Below, piece by piece: positions 1-13,500 of a stretch of 64,000 nucleotides of DNA. A program made the translations under genes and the position numbers. The stretch is taken from contig OZ059896.1 of NCBI GenBank assembly GCA_964057225.1, positions 23,436,001-23,500,000 on the forward strand, given 5' to 3'. Numbering within the stretch: position 1 is the stretch's first letter; each line of letters starts with the position of its first letter. The notes beneath the pieces were generated by a model. The model worked only from the letters and a program-made list of their open reading frames with translations, did not search any database and was not told the DNA's origin. This stretch comes from Auanema rhodensis. Lineage: Eukaryota > Animalia > Nematoda.

Positions 1-176
1 CATGGTAACCATGACTTTGAAATTTACGTGAACTTTAATTTATGCTAATTAAATGTACACGTGATGTGCACTTGGTATGTAACTCGCTTCACGTGAAAGA
101 TAAAGAGATGCGGTTTTCAAAATTAGATTCCCCATGTCCATATTAGTCTAAAAACAAATTTTTATTAATATTGGTT
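1..176 (+). repeat. Representative satellite monomer (phase arbitrary)
   Basis: 55 G+C in 176 bp; 5 CpG (m27, 60, 85, 92, 111). One BstEII site GGTNACC (m4-10), two PmlI sites CACGTG (m58-63, m90-95), one BsrGI site TGTACA (m54-59), one ApaLI site GTGCAC (m66-71). Confidence 0.97.
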
Positions 177-3100
177 CATGGTAACCATGTCTTTGAAATT
201 TACGTGAACTTTAATTTATGCTAATTAAATGTACACGTGATGTGCACTTGGTATGTAACTCGCTTCACGTGAAAGATAAAGAGATGCGGTTTTCAAAATT
301 AGATTCCCCATGTCCATATTAGTCTAAAAACAAATTTTTATTGATATTGGTTCATGGTAACCATGACTTTGAAATTTACGTGAACTTTAATTTATGCTAA
401 TTAAATGTACACGTGATGTGCACTTGGTATGTAACTCGCTTCACGTGAAAGATAAAAAGATGCGGTTTTCAAAATTAGATTCCCCATTTCCATATTAGTC
501 TAAAAACAAATTTTTATTAATATTGGTTCATGGTAACCATGACTTTGAAATTTACGTGAACTTTAATTTATGCTAATTAAATGTACACGTGATGTGCACT
601 TGGTATGTAACTCGCTTCACGTGAAAGATAAAGAGATGCGGTTTTCAAAATTAGATTCCCCATGTCCATATTAGTCTAAAAACAAATTTTTATTAATATT
701 GGTTCATGGTAACCATGTCTTTGAAATTTACGTGAACTTTAATTTATGCTAATTAAATGTACACGTGATGTGCACTTGGTATGTAACTCGCTTCACGTGA
801 AAGATAAAGAGATGCGGTTTTCAAAATTAGATTCCCCATGTCCATATTAGTCTTAAAACAAATTTTTATTAATATTGGTTCATGGTAACCATGTCTTTGA
901 AATTTACGTGAACTTTAATTTATGCTAATTAAATGTACACGTGATGTGCACTTGGTATGTAACTCGCTTCACGTGAAAGATAAAGCGATGCGGTTTTCAA
1001 AATTAGATTCCCCATGTCCATATTAGTCTAAAAACAAATTTTTATTAATATTGGTTCATGGTAACCATGTCTTTGAAATTTACGTGAACTTTAATTTATG
1101 CTAATTAAATGTACACGTGATGTGCACTTGGTATGTAACTCGCTTCACGTGAAAGATAAAGAGATGCGGTTTTCAAAATTAGATTCCCCATGTCCATATT
1201 AGTCTAAAAACAAATTTTTATTAATATTGGTTCATGGTAACCATGTCTTTGAAATTTACGTGAACTTTAATTTATGCTAATTAAATGTACACGTGATGTG
1301 CACTTGGTATGTAACTCGCTTCACGTAAAAGATAAAGAGATGCGGTCTTCAAAATTAGATTCCCCATGTCCATATTAGTCTAAAAACAAATTTTTATTGA
1401 TATTAGTTCATGGTAACCATGACTTTGAAATTTACGTGAACTTTAATTTATGCTAATTAAATGTACACGTGATGTGCACTTGGTATGTAACTCGCTTCAC
1501 GTGAAAGATAAAGAGATGCGGTTTTCAAAATTAGATTCCCCATGTCCATATTAGTCTAAAAACAAATTTTTATTGATATTGCTTCATGGTAACCATGACT
1601 TTGAAATTTACGTGAACTTTAATTTATGCTAATTAAATGTACACGTGATGTGCACTTGGTATGTAACTCGCTTCACGTGAAAGATAAAGAGATGCGGTTT
1701 TCAAAATTAGATTCCCCATGTCCATATTAGTCTAAAAACAAATTTTTATTAATATTGGTTCATGGTAACCATGTCTTTGAAATTTACGTGAACTTTAATT
1801 TATGCTAATTAAATGTACACGTGATGTGCACTTGGTATGTAACTCGCTTCACGTGAAAGATAAAGAGATGCGGTTTTCAAAATTAGATTCCCCATGTCCA
1901 TATTAGTCTAAAAACAAATTTTTATTAATATTGGTTCATGGTAACCATGTCTTTGAAATTTACGTGAACTTTAATTTATGCTAATTAAATGTACACGTGA
2001 TGTGCACTTGGTATGTAACTCGCTTCACGTGAAAGATAAAGAGATGCGGTTTTCAAAATTAGATTCCCCATGTCCATATTAGTCTAAAAACAAATTTTTA
2101 TTAATATTGGTTCATGGTAACCATGTCTTTGAAATTTACGTGAACTTTAATTTATGCTAATTAAATGTACACGTGATGTGCACTTGGTATGTAACTCGCT
2201 TCACGTGAAAGATAAAGAGATGCGGTTTTCAAAATTAGATTCCCCATGTCCATATTAGACTAAAAACAAATTTTTATTGATATTGGTTCATGGTAACCAT
2301 GACTTTGAAATTTACGTGAACTTTAATTTATGCTAATTAAATGTACACGTGATGTGCACTTGGTATGTAACTCGCTTCACGTGAAAGATAAAGAGATGCG
2401 GTTTTCAAAATTAGATTCCCCATGTCCATATTAGTCTAAAAACAAATTTTTATTAATATTGGTTCATGGTAACCATGTCTTTGAAATTTACGTGAACTTT
2501 AATTTATGCTAATTAAATGTACACGTGATGTGCACTTGGTATGTAACTCGCTTCACGTGAAAGATAAAGAGATGCGGTTTTCAAAATTAGATTCCCCATG
2601 TCCATATTAGTCTAAAAACAAATTTTTATTAATATTGGTTCATGGTAACCATGTCTTTGAAATTTACGTGAACTTTAATTTATGCTAATTAAATGTACAC
2701 GTGATGTGCACTTGGTATGTAACTCGCTTCACGTGAAAGATAAAGAGATGCGGTTTTCAAAATTAGATTCCCCATGTCCATATTAGTCTAAAAACAAATT
2801 TTTATTAATATTGGTTCATGGTAACCATGACTTTGAAATTTACGTGAACTTTAATTTATGCTAATTAAATGTACACGTGATGTGCACTTGGTATGTAACT
2901 CGCTTCACGTGAAAGATAAAGAGATGCGGTTTTCAAAATTAGATTCCCCATGTCCATATTAGTCTAAAAACAAATTTTTATTAATATTGGTTCATGGTAA
3001 CCATGACTTTGAAATTTACGTGAACTTTAATTTATGCTAATTAAATGTACACGTGATGTGCACTTGGTATGTAACTCGCTTCACGTGAAAGATAAAGAGA

Positions 3101-6100
3101 TGCGGTTTTCAAAATTAGATTCCCCATGTCCATATTAGTCTAAAAACAAATTTTTATTAATATTGGTTCATGGTAACCATGTCTTTGAAATTTACGTGAA
3201 CTTTAATTTATGCTAATTAAATGTACACGTGATGTGCACTTGGTATGTAACTCGCTTCACGTGAAAGATAAAGAGATGCGGTTTTCAAAATTAGATTCCC
3301 CATGTCCATATTAGTCTAAAAACAAATTTTTATTAATATTGGTTCATGGTAACCATGTCTTTGAAATTTACGTGAACTTTAATTTATGCTAATTAAATGT
3401 ACACGTGATGTGCACTTGGTATGTAACTCGCTTCACGTGAAAGATAAAGAGATGCGGTTTTCAAAATTAGATTCCCCATGTCCATATTAGTCTAAAAACA
3501 AATTTTTATTAATATTGGTTCATGGTAACCATGTCTTTGAAATTTACGTGAACTTTAATTTATGCTAATTAAATGTACACGTGATGTGCACTTGGTATGT
3601 AACCTGCTTCACGTGAAAGATAAAGAGATGCGGTTTTCAAAATTAGATTCCCCATGTCCATATTAGTCTAAAAACAAATTTTTATTAATATTGGTTCATG
3701 GTAACCATGTCTTTGAAATTTACGTGAACTTTAATTTATGCTAATTAAATGTACACGTGATGTGCACTTGGTATGTAACTCGCTTCACGTGAAAGATAAA
3801 GAGATGCGGTTTTCAAAATTAGATTCCCCATGTCCATATTAGTCTAAAAACAAATTTTTATTAATATTGGTTCATGGTAACCATGTCTTTGAAATTTACG
3901 TGAACTTTAATTTATGCTAATTAAATGTACACGTGATGTGCACTTGGTATGTAACTCGCTTCACGTGAAAGATAAAGAGATGCGGTTTTCAAAATTAGAT
4001 TCCCCATGTCCATATTAGTCTAAAAACAAATTTTTATTAATATTGGTTCATGGTAACCATGACTTTGAAATTTACGTGAACTTTAATTTATGCTAATTAA
4101 ATGTACACGTGATGTGCACTTGGTATGTAACTCGCTTCACGTGAAAGATAAAGAGATGCGGTTTTCAAAATTAGATTCCCCATGTCCATATTAGTCTAAA
4201 AACAAATTTTTATTAATATTGGTTCATGGTAACCATGTCTTTGAAATTTACGTGAACTTTAATTTATGCTAATTAAATGTACACGTGATGTGCACTTGGT
4301 ATGTAACTCGCTTCACGTGAAAGATAAAGAGATGCGGTTTTCAAAATTAGATTCCCCATGTCCATATTAGTCTAAAAACAAATTTTTATTAATATTGGTT
4401 CATGGTAACCATGTCTTTGAAATTTACGTGAACTTTAATTTATGCTAATTAAATGTACACGTGATGTGCACTTGGTATGTAACTCGCTTCACGTGAAAGA
4501 TAAAGAGATGCGGTTTTCAAAATTAGATTCCCCATGTCCATATTAGTCTAAAAACAAATTTTTATTAATATTGGTTCATGGTAACCATGTCTTTGAAATT
4601 TACGTGAACTTTAATTTATGCTAATTAAATGTACACGTGATGTGCACTTGGTATGTAACTCGCTTCACGTGAAAGATAAAGAGATGCGGTTTTCAAAATT
4701 AGATTCCCCATGTCCATATTAGTCTAAAAACAAATTTTTATTAATATTGGTTCATGGTAACCATGTCTTTGAAATTTACGTGAACTTTAATTTATGCTAA
4801 TTAAATGTACACGTGATGTGCACTTGGTATGTAACTCGCTTCACGTGAAAGATAAAGAGATGCGGTTTTCAAAATTAGATTCCCCATGTCCATATTAGAC
4901 TAAAAACAAATTTTTATTGATATTGGTTCATGGTAACCATGACTTTGAAATTTACGTGAACTTTAATTTATGCTAATTAAATGTACACGTGATGTGCACT
5001 TGGTATGTAACTCGCTTCACGTGAAAGATAAAGAGATGCGGTTTTCAAAATTAGATTCCCCATGTCCATATTAGTCTAAAAACAAATTTTTATTAATATT
5101 GGTTCATGGTAACCATGTCTTTGAAATTTACGTGAACTTTAATTTATGCTAATTAAATGTACACGTGATGTGCACTTGGTATGTAACTCGCTTCACGTGA
5201 AAGATAAAGAGATGCGGTTTTCAAAATTAGATTCCCCATGTCCATATTAGTCTAAAAACAAATTTTTATTAATATTGGTTCATGGTAACCATGTCTTTGA
5301 AATTTACGTGAACTTTAATTTATGCTAATTAAATGTACACGTGATGTGCACTTGGTATGTAACTCGCTTCACGTGAAAGATAAAGAGATGCGGTTTTCAA
5401 AATTAGATTCCCCATGTCCATATTAGTCTAAAAACAAATTTTTATTAATATTGGTTCATGGTAACCATGTCTTTGAAATTTACGTGAACTTTAATTTATG
5501 CTAATTAAATGTACACGTGATGTGCACTTGGTATGTAACTCGCTTCACGTGAAAGATAAAGAGATGCGGTTTTCAAAATTAGATTCCCCATGTCCATATT
5601 AGTCTAAAAACAAATTTTTATTAATATTGGTTCATGGTAACCATGTCTTTGAAATTTACGTGAACTTTAATTTATGCTAATTAAATGTACACGTGATGTG
5701 CACTTGGTATGTAACTCGCTTCACGTGAAAGATAAAGAGATGCGGTTTTCAAAATTAGATTCCCCATGTCCATATTAGTCTAAAAACAAATTTTTATTAA
5801 TATTGGTTCATGGTAACCATGACTTTGAAATTTACGTGAACTTTAATTTATGCTAATTAAATGTACACGTGATGTGCACTTGGTATGTAACTCGCTTCAC
5901 GTGAAAGATAAAGAGATGCGGTTTTCAAAATTAGATTCCCCATGTCCATATTAGTCTAAAAACAAATTTTTATTAATATTGGTTCATGGTAACCATGACT
6001 TTGAAATTTACGTGAACTTTAATTTATGCTAATTAAATGTACACGTGATGTGCACTTGGTATGTAACTCGCTTCACGTGAAAGATAAAGAGATGCGGTTT

Positions 6101-8445
6101 TCAAAATTAGATTTCCCATGTCCATATTAGTCTAAAAACAAATTTTTATTAATATTGGTTCATGGTAACCATGTCTTTGAAATTTACGTGAACTTTAATT
6201 TATGCTAATTAAATGTACACGTGATGTGCACTTGGTATGTAACTCGCTTCACGTGAAAGATAAAGAGATGCGGTTTTCAAAATTAGATTCCCCATGTCCA
6301 TATTAGTCTAAAAACAAATTTTTATTAATATTGGTTCATGGTAACCATGTCTTTGAAATTTACGTGAACTTTAATTTATGCTAATTAAATGTACACGTGA
6401 TGTGCACTTGGTATGTAACTCGCTTCACGTGAAAGATAAAGAGATGCGGTTTTCAAAATTAGATTCCCCATGTCCATATTAGTCTAAAAACAAATTTTTA
6501 TTAATATTGGTTCATGGTAACCATGTCTTTGAAATTTACGTGAACTTTAATTTATGCTAATTAAATGTACACGTGATGTGCACTTGGTATGTAACCTGCT
6601 TCACGTGAAAGATAAAGAGATGCGGTTTTCAAAATTAGATTCCCCATGTCCATATTAGTCTAAAAACAAATTTTTATTAATATTGGTTCATGGTAACCAT
6701 GTCTTTGAAATTTACGTGAACTTTAATTTATGCTAATTAAATGTACACGTGATGTGCACTTGGTATGTAACTCGCTTCACGTGAAAGATAAAGAAATGCG
6801 GTTTTCAAAATTAGATTCCCCATGTCCATATTAGACTAAAAACAAATTTTTATTGGTATTGGTTCATGGTAACCATGACTTTGAAATTTACGTGAACTTT
6901 AATTTATGCTAATTAAATGTACACGTGATGTGCACTTGGTATGTAACTCCCTTCACGTGAAAGATAAAGAGATGCGGTTTTCAAAATTAGATTCCCCATG
7001 TCCATATTAGTCTAAAAACAATTTTTTATTAATATTGGTTCATGGTAACCATGTCTTTGAAATTTACGTGAACTTTAATTTATGCTAATTAAATGTACAC
7101 GTGATGTGCACTTGGTATGTAACTCGCTTCACGTAAAAGATAAAGAGATGCGGTCTTCAAAATTAGATTCCCCATGTCCATATTAGTCTAAAAACAAATT
7201 TTTATTGATATTGGTTCATGGTAACCATGATTTTGAAATTTACGTGAACTTTAATTTATGCTAATTAAATGTACACGTGATGTGCACTTGGTATGTAACT
7301 CGCTTCACGTGAAAGATAAAGAGATGCGGTTTTCAAAATTAGATTCCCCATGTCCATATTAGTCTAAAAACAAATTTTTATTAATATTGGTTCATGGTAA
7401 CCATGTCTTTGAAATTTACGTGAACTTTAATTTATGCTAATTAAATGTACACGTGATGTGCACTTGGTATGTAACTCGCTTCACGTGAAAGATAAAGAGA
7501 TGCGGTTTTCAAAATTAGATTCCCCATGTCCATATTAGTCTAAAAACAAATTTTTATTAATATTGGTTCATGGTAACCATGTCTTTGAAATTTACGTGAA
7601 CTTTAATTTATGCTAATTAAATGTACACGTGATGTGCACTTGGTATGTAACTCGCTTCACGTGAAAGATAAAGAGATGCGGTTTTCAAAATTAGATTCCC
7701 CATGTCCATATTAGTCTAAAAACAAATTTTTATTAATATTGGTTCATGGTAACCATGTCTTTGAAATTTACGTGAACTTTAATTTATGCTAATTAAATGT
7801 ACACGTGATGTGCACTTGGTATGTAACTCGCTTCACGTGAAAGATAAAGAGATGCGGTTTTCAAAATTAGATTCCCCATGTCCATATTAGTCTAAAAACA
7901 AATTTTTATTAATATTGGTTCATGGTAACCATGTCTTTGAAATTTACGTGAACTTTAATTTATGCTAATTAAATGTACACGTGATGTGCACTTGGTATGT
8001 AACTCGCTTCACGTGAAAGATAAAGAGATGCGGTTTTCAAAATTAGATTCCCCATGTCCATATTAGTCTAAAAACAAATTTTTATTAATATTGGTTCATG
8101 GTAACCATGTCTTTGAAATTTACGTGAACTTTAATTTATGCTAATTAAATGTACACGTGATGTGCACTTGGTATGTAACTCGCTTCACGTGAAAGATAAA
8201 GAGATGCGGTTTTCAAAATTAGATTCCCCATGTCCATATTAGTCTAAAAACAAATTTTTATTAATATTGGTTCATGGTAACCATGTCTTTGAAATTTACG
8301 TGAACTTTAATTTATGCTAATTAAATGTACACGTGATGTGCACTTGGTATGTAACTCGCTTCACGTGAAAGATAAAGAGATGCGGTTTTCAAAATTAGAT
8401 TCCCCATGTCCATATTAGTCTAAAAACAAATTTTTATTGATATTG

Positions 8446-10230
8446 ATTCATGGTAACCATGACTTTGAAATTTACGTGAACTTTAATTTATGCTAATTAA
8501 ATGTACACGTGATGTGCACTTGGAATGTAACTCGCTTCACGTGAAAGATAAAGAGATGCGGTTTTCAAAATTAGATTCCCCATGTCCATATTAGTCTAAA
8601 AACAAATTTTTATTAATATTGGTTCATGGTAACCATGTCTTTGAAATTTACGTGAACTTTAATTTATGCTAATTAAATGTACACGTGATGTGCACTTGGT
8701 ATGTAACTCGCTTCACGTGAAAGATAAAGAAATGCGGTTTTCAAAATTAGATTCCCCATGTCCATTTTAGTCTAAAAACAAATTTTTATTGATATTGGTT
8801 CATGGTAACCATGACTTTGAAATTTACGTGAACTTTAATTTATGCTAATTAAATGTACACGTGATGTGCACTTGGTATGTAACTCGCTTCACGTGAAAGA
8901 TAAAGAGATGCGGTTTTCAAAATTAGATTCCCCATGTCCATATTAGTCTAAAAACAAATTTTTATTAATATTGGTTCATGGTAACCATGTCTTTGAAATT
9001 TACGTGAACTTTAATTTATGCTAATTAAATGTACACGTGATGTGCACTTGGTATGTAACTCGCTTCACGTGAAAGATAAAGAGATGCGGTTTTCAAAATT
9101 AGATTCCCCATGTCCATATTAGTCTAAAAACAAATTTTTATTAATATTGGTTCATGGTAACCATGTCTTTGAAATTTACGTGAACTTTAATTTATGCTAA
9201 TTAAATGTACACGTGATGTGCACTTGGTATGTAACTCGCTTCACGTGAAAGATAAAGAGATGCGGTTTTCAAAATTAGATTCCCCATGTCCATATTAGTC
9301 TAAAAACAAATTTTTATTAATATTGGTTCATGGTAACCATGTCTTTGAAATTTACGTGAACTTTAATTTATGCTAATTAAATGTACACGTGATGTGCACT
9401 TGGTATGTAACTCGCTTCACGTGAAAGATAAAGAGATGCGGTTTTCAAAATTAGATTCCCCATGTCCATATTAGTCTAAAAACAAATTTTTATTAATATT
9501 GGTTCATGGTAACCATGTCTTTGAAATTTACGTGAACTTTAATTTATGCTAATTAAATGTACACGTGATGTGCACTTGGTATGTAACTCGCTTCACGTGA
9601 AAGATAAAGAGATGCGGTTTTCAAAATTAGATTCCCCATGTCCATATTAGTCTAAAAACAAATTTTTATTAATATTGGTTCATGGTAACCATGTCTTTGA
9701 AATTTACGTGAACTTTAATTTATGCTAATTAAATGTACACGTGATGTGCACTTGGTATGTAACTCGCTTCACGTGAAAGATAAAGAGATGCGGTTTTCAA
9801 AATTAGATTCCCCATGTCCATATTAGTCTAAAAACAAATTTTTATTGATATTGATTCATGGTAACCATGACTTTGAAATTTACGTGAACTTTAATTTATG
9901 CTAATTAAATGTACACGTGATGTGCACTTGGAATGTAACTCGCTTCACGTGAAAGATAAAGAGATGCGGTTTTCAAAATTAGATTCCCCATGTCCATATT
10001 AGTCTAAAAACAAATTTTTATTAATATTGGTTCATGGTAACCATGTCTTTGAAATTTACGTGAACTTTAATTTATGCTAATTAAATGTACACGTGATGTG
10101 CACTTGGTATGTAACTCGCTTCACGTGAAAGATAAAGAAATGCGGTTTTCAAAATTAGATTCCCCATGTCCATTTTAGTCTAAAAACAAATTTTTATTGA
10201 TATTGGTTCATGGTAACCATGACTTTGAAA
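8446..10230. repeat. 8-monomer (1408 bp) higher-order duplication
   Basis: Variants G174A, T76A, G107A and A142T at 8446/8524/8731/8766 recur at 9854/9932/10139/10174. Span given is the marker span. Confidence 0.85.
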
Positions 10231-10550
10231 TTTACGTGAACTTTAATTTATGCTAATTAAATGTACACGTGATGTGCACTTGGTATGTAACTCGCTTCAC
10301 GTGAAAGATAAAGAGATGCGGTTTTCAAAATTAGATTCCCCATGTCCATATTAGTCTAAAAACAAATTTTTATTAATATTGGTTCATGGTAACCATGTCT
10401 TTGAAATTTACGTGAACTTTAATTTATGCTAATTAAATGTACACGTGATGTGCACTTGGTATGTAACTCGCTTCACGTGAAAGATAAAGAGATGCGGTTT
10501 TCAAAATTAGATTCCCCATGTCCATATTAGTCTAAAAACAAATTTTTATT

Positions 10551-13500
10551 GATATTGTTTCATGGTAACCATGACTTTGAAATTTACGTGAACTTTAATT
10601 TATGCTAATTAAATGTACACGTGATGTGCACTTGGTATGTAACTCGCTTCACGTGAAAGATAAAGAGATGCGGTTTTCAAAATTAGATTTCCCATGTCCA
10701 TATTAGTCTAAAAACAAATTTTTATTAATATTGGTTCATGGTAACCATGTCTTTGAAATTTACGTGAACTTTAATTTATGCTAATTAAATGTACACGTGA
10801 TGTGCACTTGGTATGTAACTCGCTTCACGTGAAAGATAAAGAGATGCGGTTTTCAAAATTAGATTTCCCATGTCCATATTAGTCTAAAAACAAATTTTTA
10901 TTGATATTGGTTCATGGTAACCATGACTTTGAAATTTACGTGAACTTTAATTTATGCTAATTAAATGTACACGTGATGTGCACTTGGTATGTAACTCGCT
11001 TCACGTGAAAGATAAAGAGATGCGGTTTTCAAAATTAGATTCCCCATTTCCATATTAGTCTAAAAACAAATTTTTATCGATATTGGTTCATGGTAACCAT
11101 GATTTTGAAATTTACGTGAATTTTAATTTATGCTAATTAAATGTACACGTGATGTGCACTTGGTATGTAACTCGCTTCACGTGAAAGATAAAGAGATGCG
11201 GTTTTCAAAATTAGATTCCCCATGTCCATATTAGTCTAAAAACAAATTTTTATTAATATTGGTTCATGGTAACCATGTCTTTGAAATTTACGTGAACTTT
11301 AATTTATTCTAATTAAATGTACACGTGATGTGCACTTGGTATGTAACTCGCTTCACGTGAAAGATAAAGAGATGCGGTTTTCAAAATTAGATTTCCCATG
11401 TCCATATTAGTCTAAAAACAAATTTTTATTGATATTGGTTCATGGTAACCATGACTTTGAAATTTACGTGAACTTTAATTTATGCTAATTAAATGTACAC
11501 GTGATGTGCACTTGGTATGTAACTCGCTTCACGTGAAAGATAAAGAGATGCGGTTTTCAAAATTAGATTTCCCATGTCCATATTAGTCTAAAAACAAATT
11601 TTTATTGATATTGGTTCATGGTAACCATGACTTTGAAATTTACGTGAACTTTAATTTATGCTAATTAAATGTACACGTGATGTGCACTTGGTATGTAACT
11701 CGCTTCACGTGAAAGATAAAGAGATGCGGTTTTCAAAATTAGATTTCCCATTTCCATATTAGTCTAAAAACAAATTTTTATTGATATTGGTTCATGGTAA
11801 CCATGATTTTGAAATTTACGTGAACTTTAATTTATGCTAATTAAATGTACACGTGATGTGCACTTGGTATGTAACTCGCTTCACGTGAAAGATAAAGAAA
11901 TGCGGTTTTCAAAATTAGATTCCCCATGTCCATATTAGTCTAAAAACAAATTTTTATTGATATTGGTTCATGGTAACCATGACTTTGAAATTTACGTGAA
12001 CTTTAATTTATGCTAATTAAATGTACACGTGATGTGCACTTGGTATGTAACTCGCTTCACGTGAAAGATAAAGAGATGCGGTTTTCAAAATTAGATTCCC
12101 CATGTCCATATTAGTCTAAAAACAAATTTTTATTGATATTGGTTCATGGTAACCATGACTTTGAAATTTACGTGAACTTTAATTTATGCTAATTAAATGT
12201 ACACGTGATGTGCACTTGGTATGTAACTCGCTTCACGTGAAAGATAAAGAGATGCGGTTTTCAAAATTAGATTCCCCATGTCCATATTAGTCTAAAAACA
12301 AATTTTTATTAATATTGGTTCATGGTAACCATGTCTTTGAAATTTACGTGAACTTTAATTTATGCTAATTAAATGTACACGTGATGTGCACTTGGTATGT
12401 AACTCGCTTCACGTGAAAGATAAAGAGATGCGGTTTTCAAAATTAGATTCCCCATTTCCATATTAGTCTAAAAACAAATTTTTATCGATATTGGTTCATG
12501 GTAACCATGATTTTGAAATTTACGTGAATTTTAATTTATGCTAATTAAATGTACACGTGATGTGCACTTGGTATGTAACTCGCTTCACGTGAAAGATAAA
12601 GAGATGCGGTTTTCAAAATTAGATTCCCCATGTCCATATTAGTCTAAAAACAAATTTTTATTAATATTGGTTCATGGTAACCATGTCTTTGAAATTTACG
12701 TGAACTTTAATTTATTCTAATTAAATGTACACGTGATGTGCACTTGGTATGTAACTCGCTTCACGTGAAAGATAAAGAGATGCGGTTTTCAAAATTAGAT
12801 TTCCCATGTCCATATTAGTCTAAAAACAAATTTTTATTGATATTGGTTCATGGTAACCATGACTTTGAAATTTACGTGAACTTTAATTTATGCTAATTAA
12901 ATGTACACGTGATGTGCACTTGGTATGTAACTCGCTTCACGTGAAAGATAAAGAGATGCGGTTTTCAAAATTAGATTTCCCATGTCCATATTAGTCTAAA
13001 AACAAATTTTTATTGATATTGGTTCATGGTAACCATGACTTTGAAATTTACGTGAACTTTAATTTATGCTAATTAAATGTACACGTGATGTGCACTTGGT
13101 ATGTAACTCGCTTCACGTGAAAGATAAAGAGATGCGGTTTTCAAAATTAGATTTCCCATTTCCATATTAGTCTAAAAACAAATTTTTATTGATATTGGTT
13201 CATGGTAACCATGATTTTGAAATTTACGTGAACTTTAATTTATGCTAATTAAATGTACACGTGATGTGCACTTGGTATGTAACTCGCTTCACGTGAAAGA
13301 TAAAGAAATGCGGTTTTCAAAATTAGATTCCCCATGTCCATATTAGTCTAAAAACAAATTTTTATTGATATTGGTTCATGGTAACCATGACTTTGAAATT
13401 TACGTGAACTTTAATTTATGCTAATTAAATGTACACGTGATGTGCACTTGGTATGTAACTCGCTTCACGTGAAAGATAAAGAGATGCGGTTTTCAAAATT

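Larger units (their letters stand above)
1..10550. repeat. Domain dominated by the A167/T14 junction haplotype (...ATTAATATTGGTTCATGGTAACCATGTC...)
   Basis: Most junctions read attaat...catgtc, with scattered G167/A14 and A167/A14 junctions. Boundary approximate. Confidence 0.8.

Noticed and set aside
41-52. POU/octamer-like TATGCTAAT and homeodomain TAATTA motifs as regulatory sites
   Set aside because: Short AT-rich motifs are expected by chance in 69% AT DNA, and there is no gene nearby.
82-98. CENP-B box-like motif (ACTCGCTTCACGTGAAA)
   Set aside because: Matches only 5 of the 9 essential positions of NTTCGNNNNANNCGGGN.
1-176. Tandem 5S rRNA, tRNA or snRNA gene unit
   Set aside because: No recognisable 5S, cloverleaf or Pol III A/B-box sequence. 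An Rfam/Infernal search would be the formal test.
1-176. Assignment to other ~176-bp satellites (Brassica CentBr, honeybee AluI family)
   Set aside because: Only the length is shared. The monomer has no HindIII or AluI (AGCT) site and I recognise no sequence similarity; a database search is needed.
174-185. RFX X-box (GTTCATGGTAAC)
   Set aside because: Only the CATGGTAAC half-site fits. Spacing does not match the full GTTNCCATGGNAAC dyad, and there is no promoter context.
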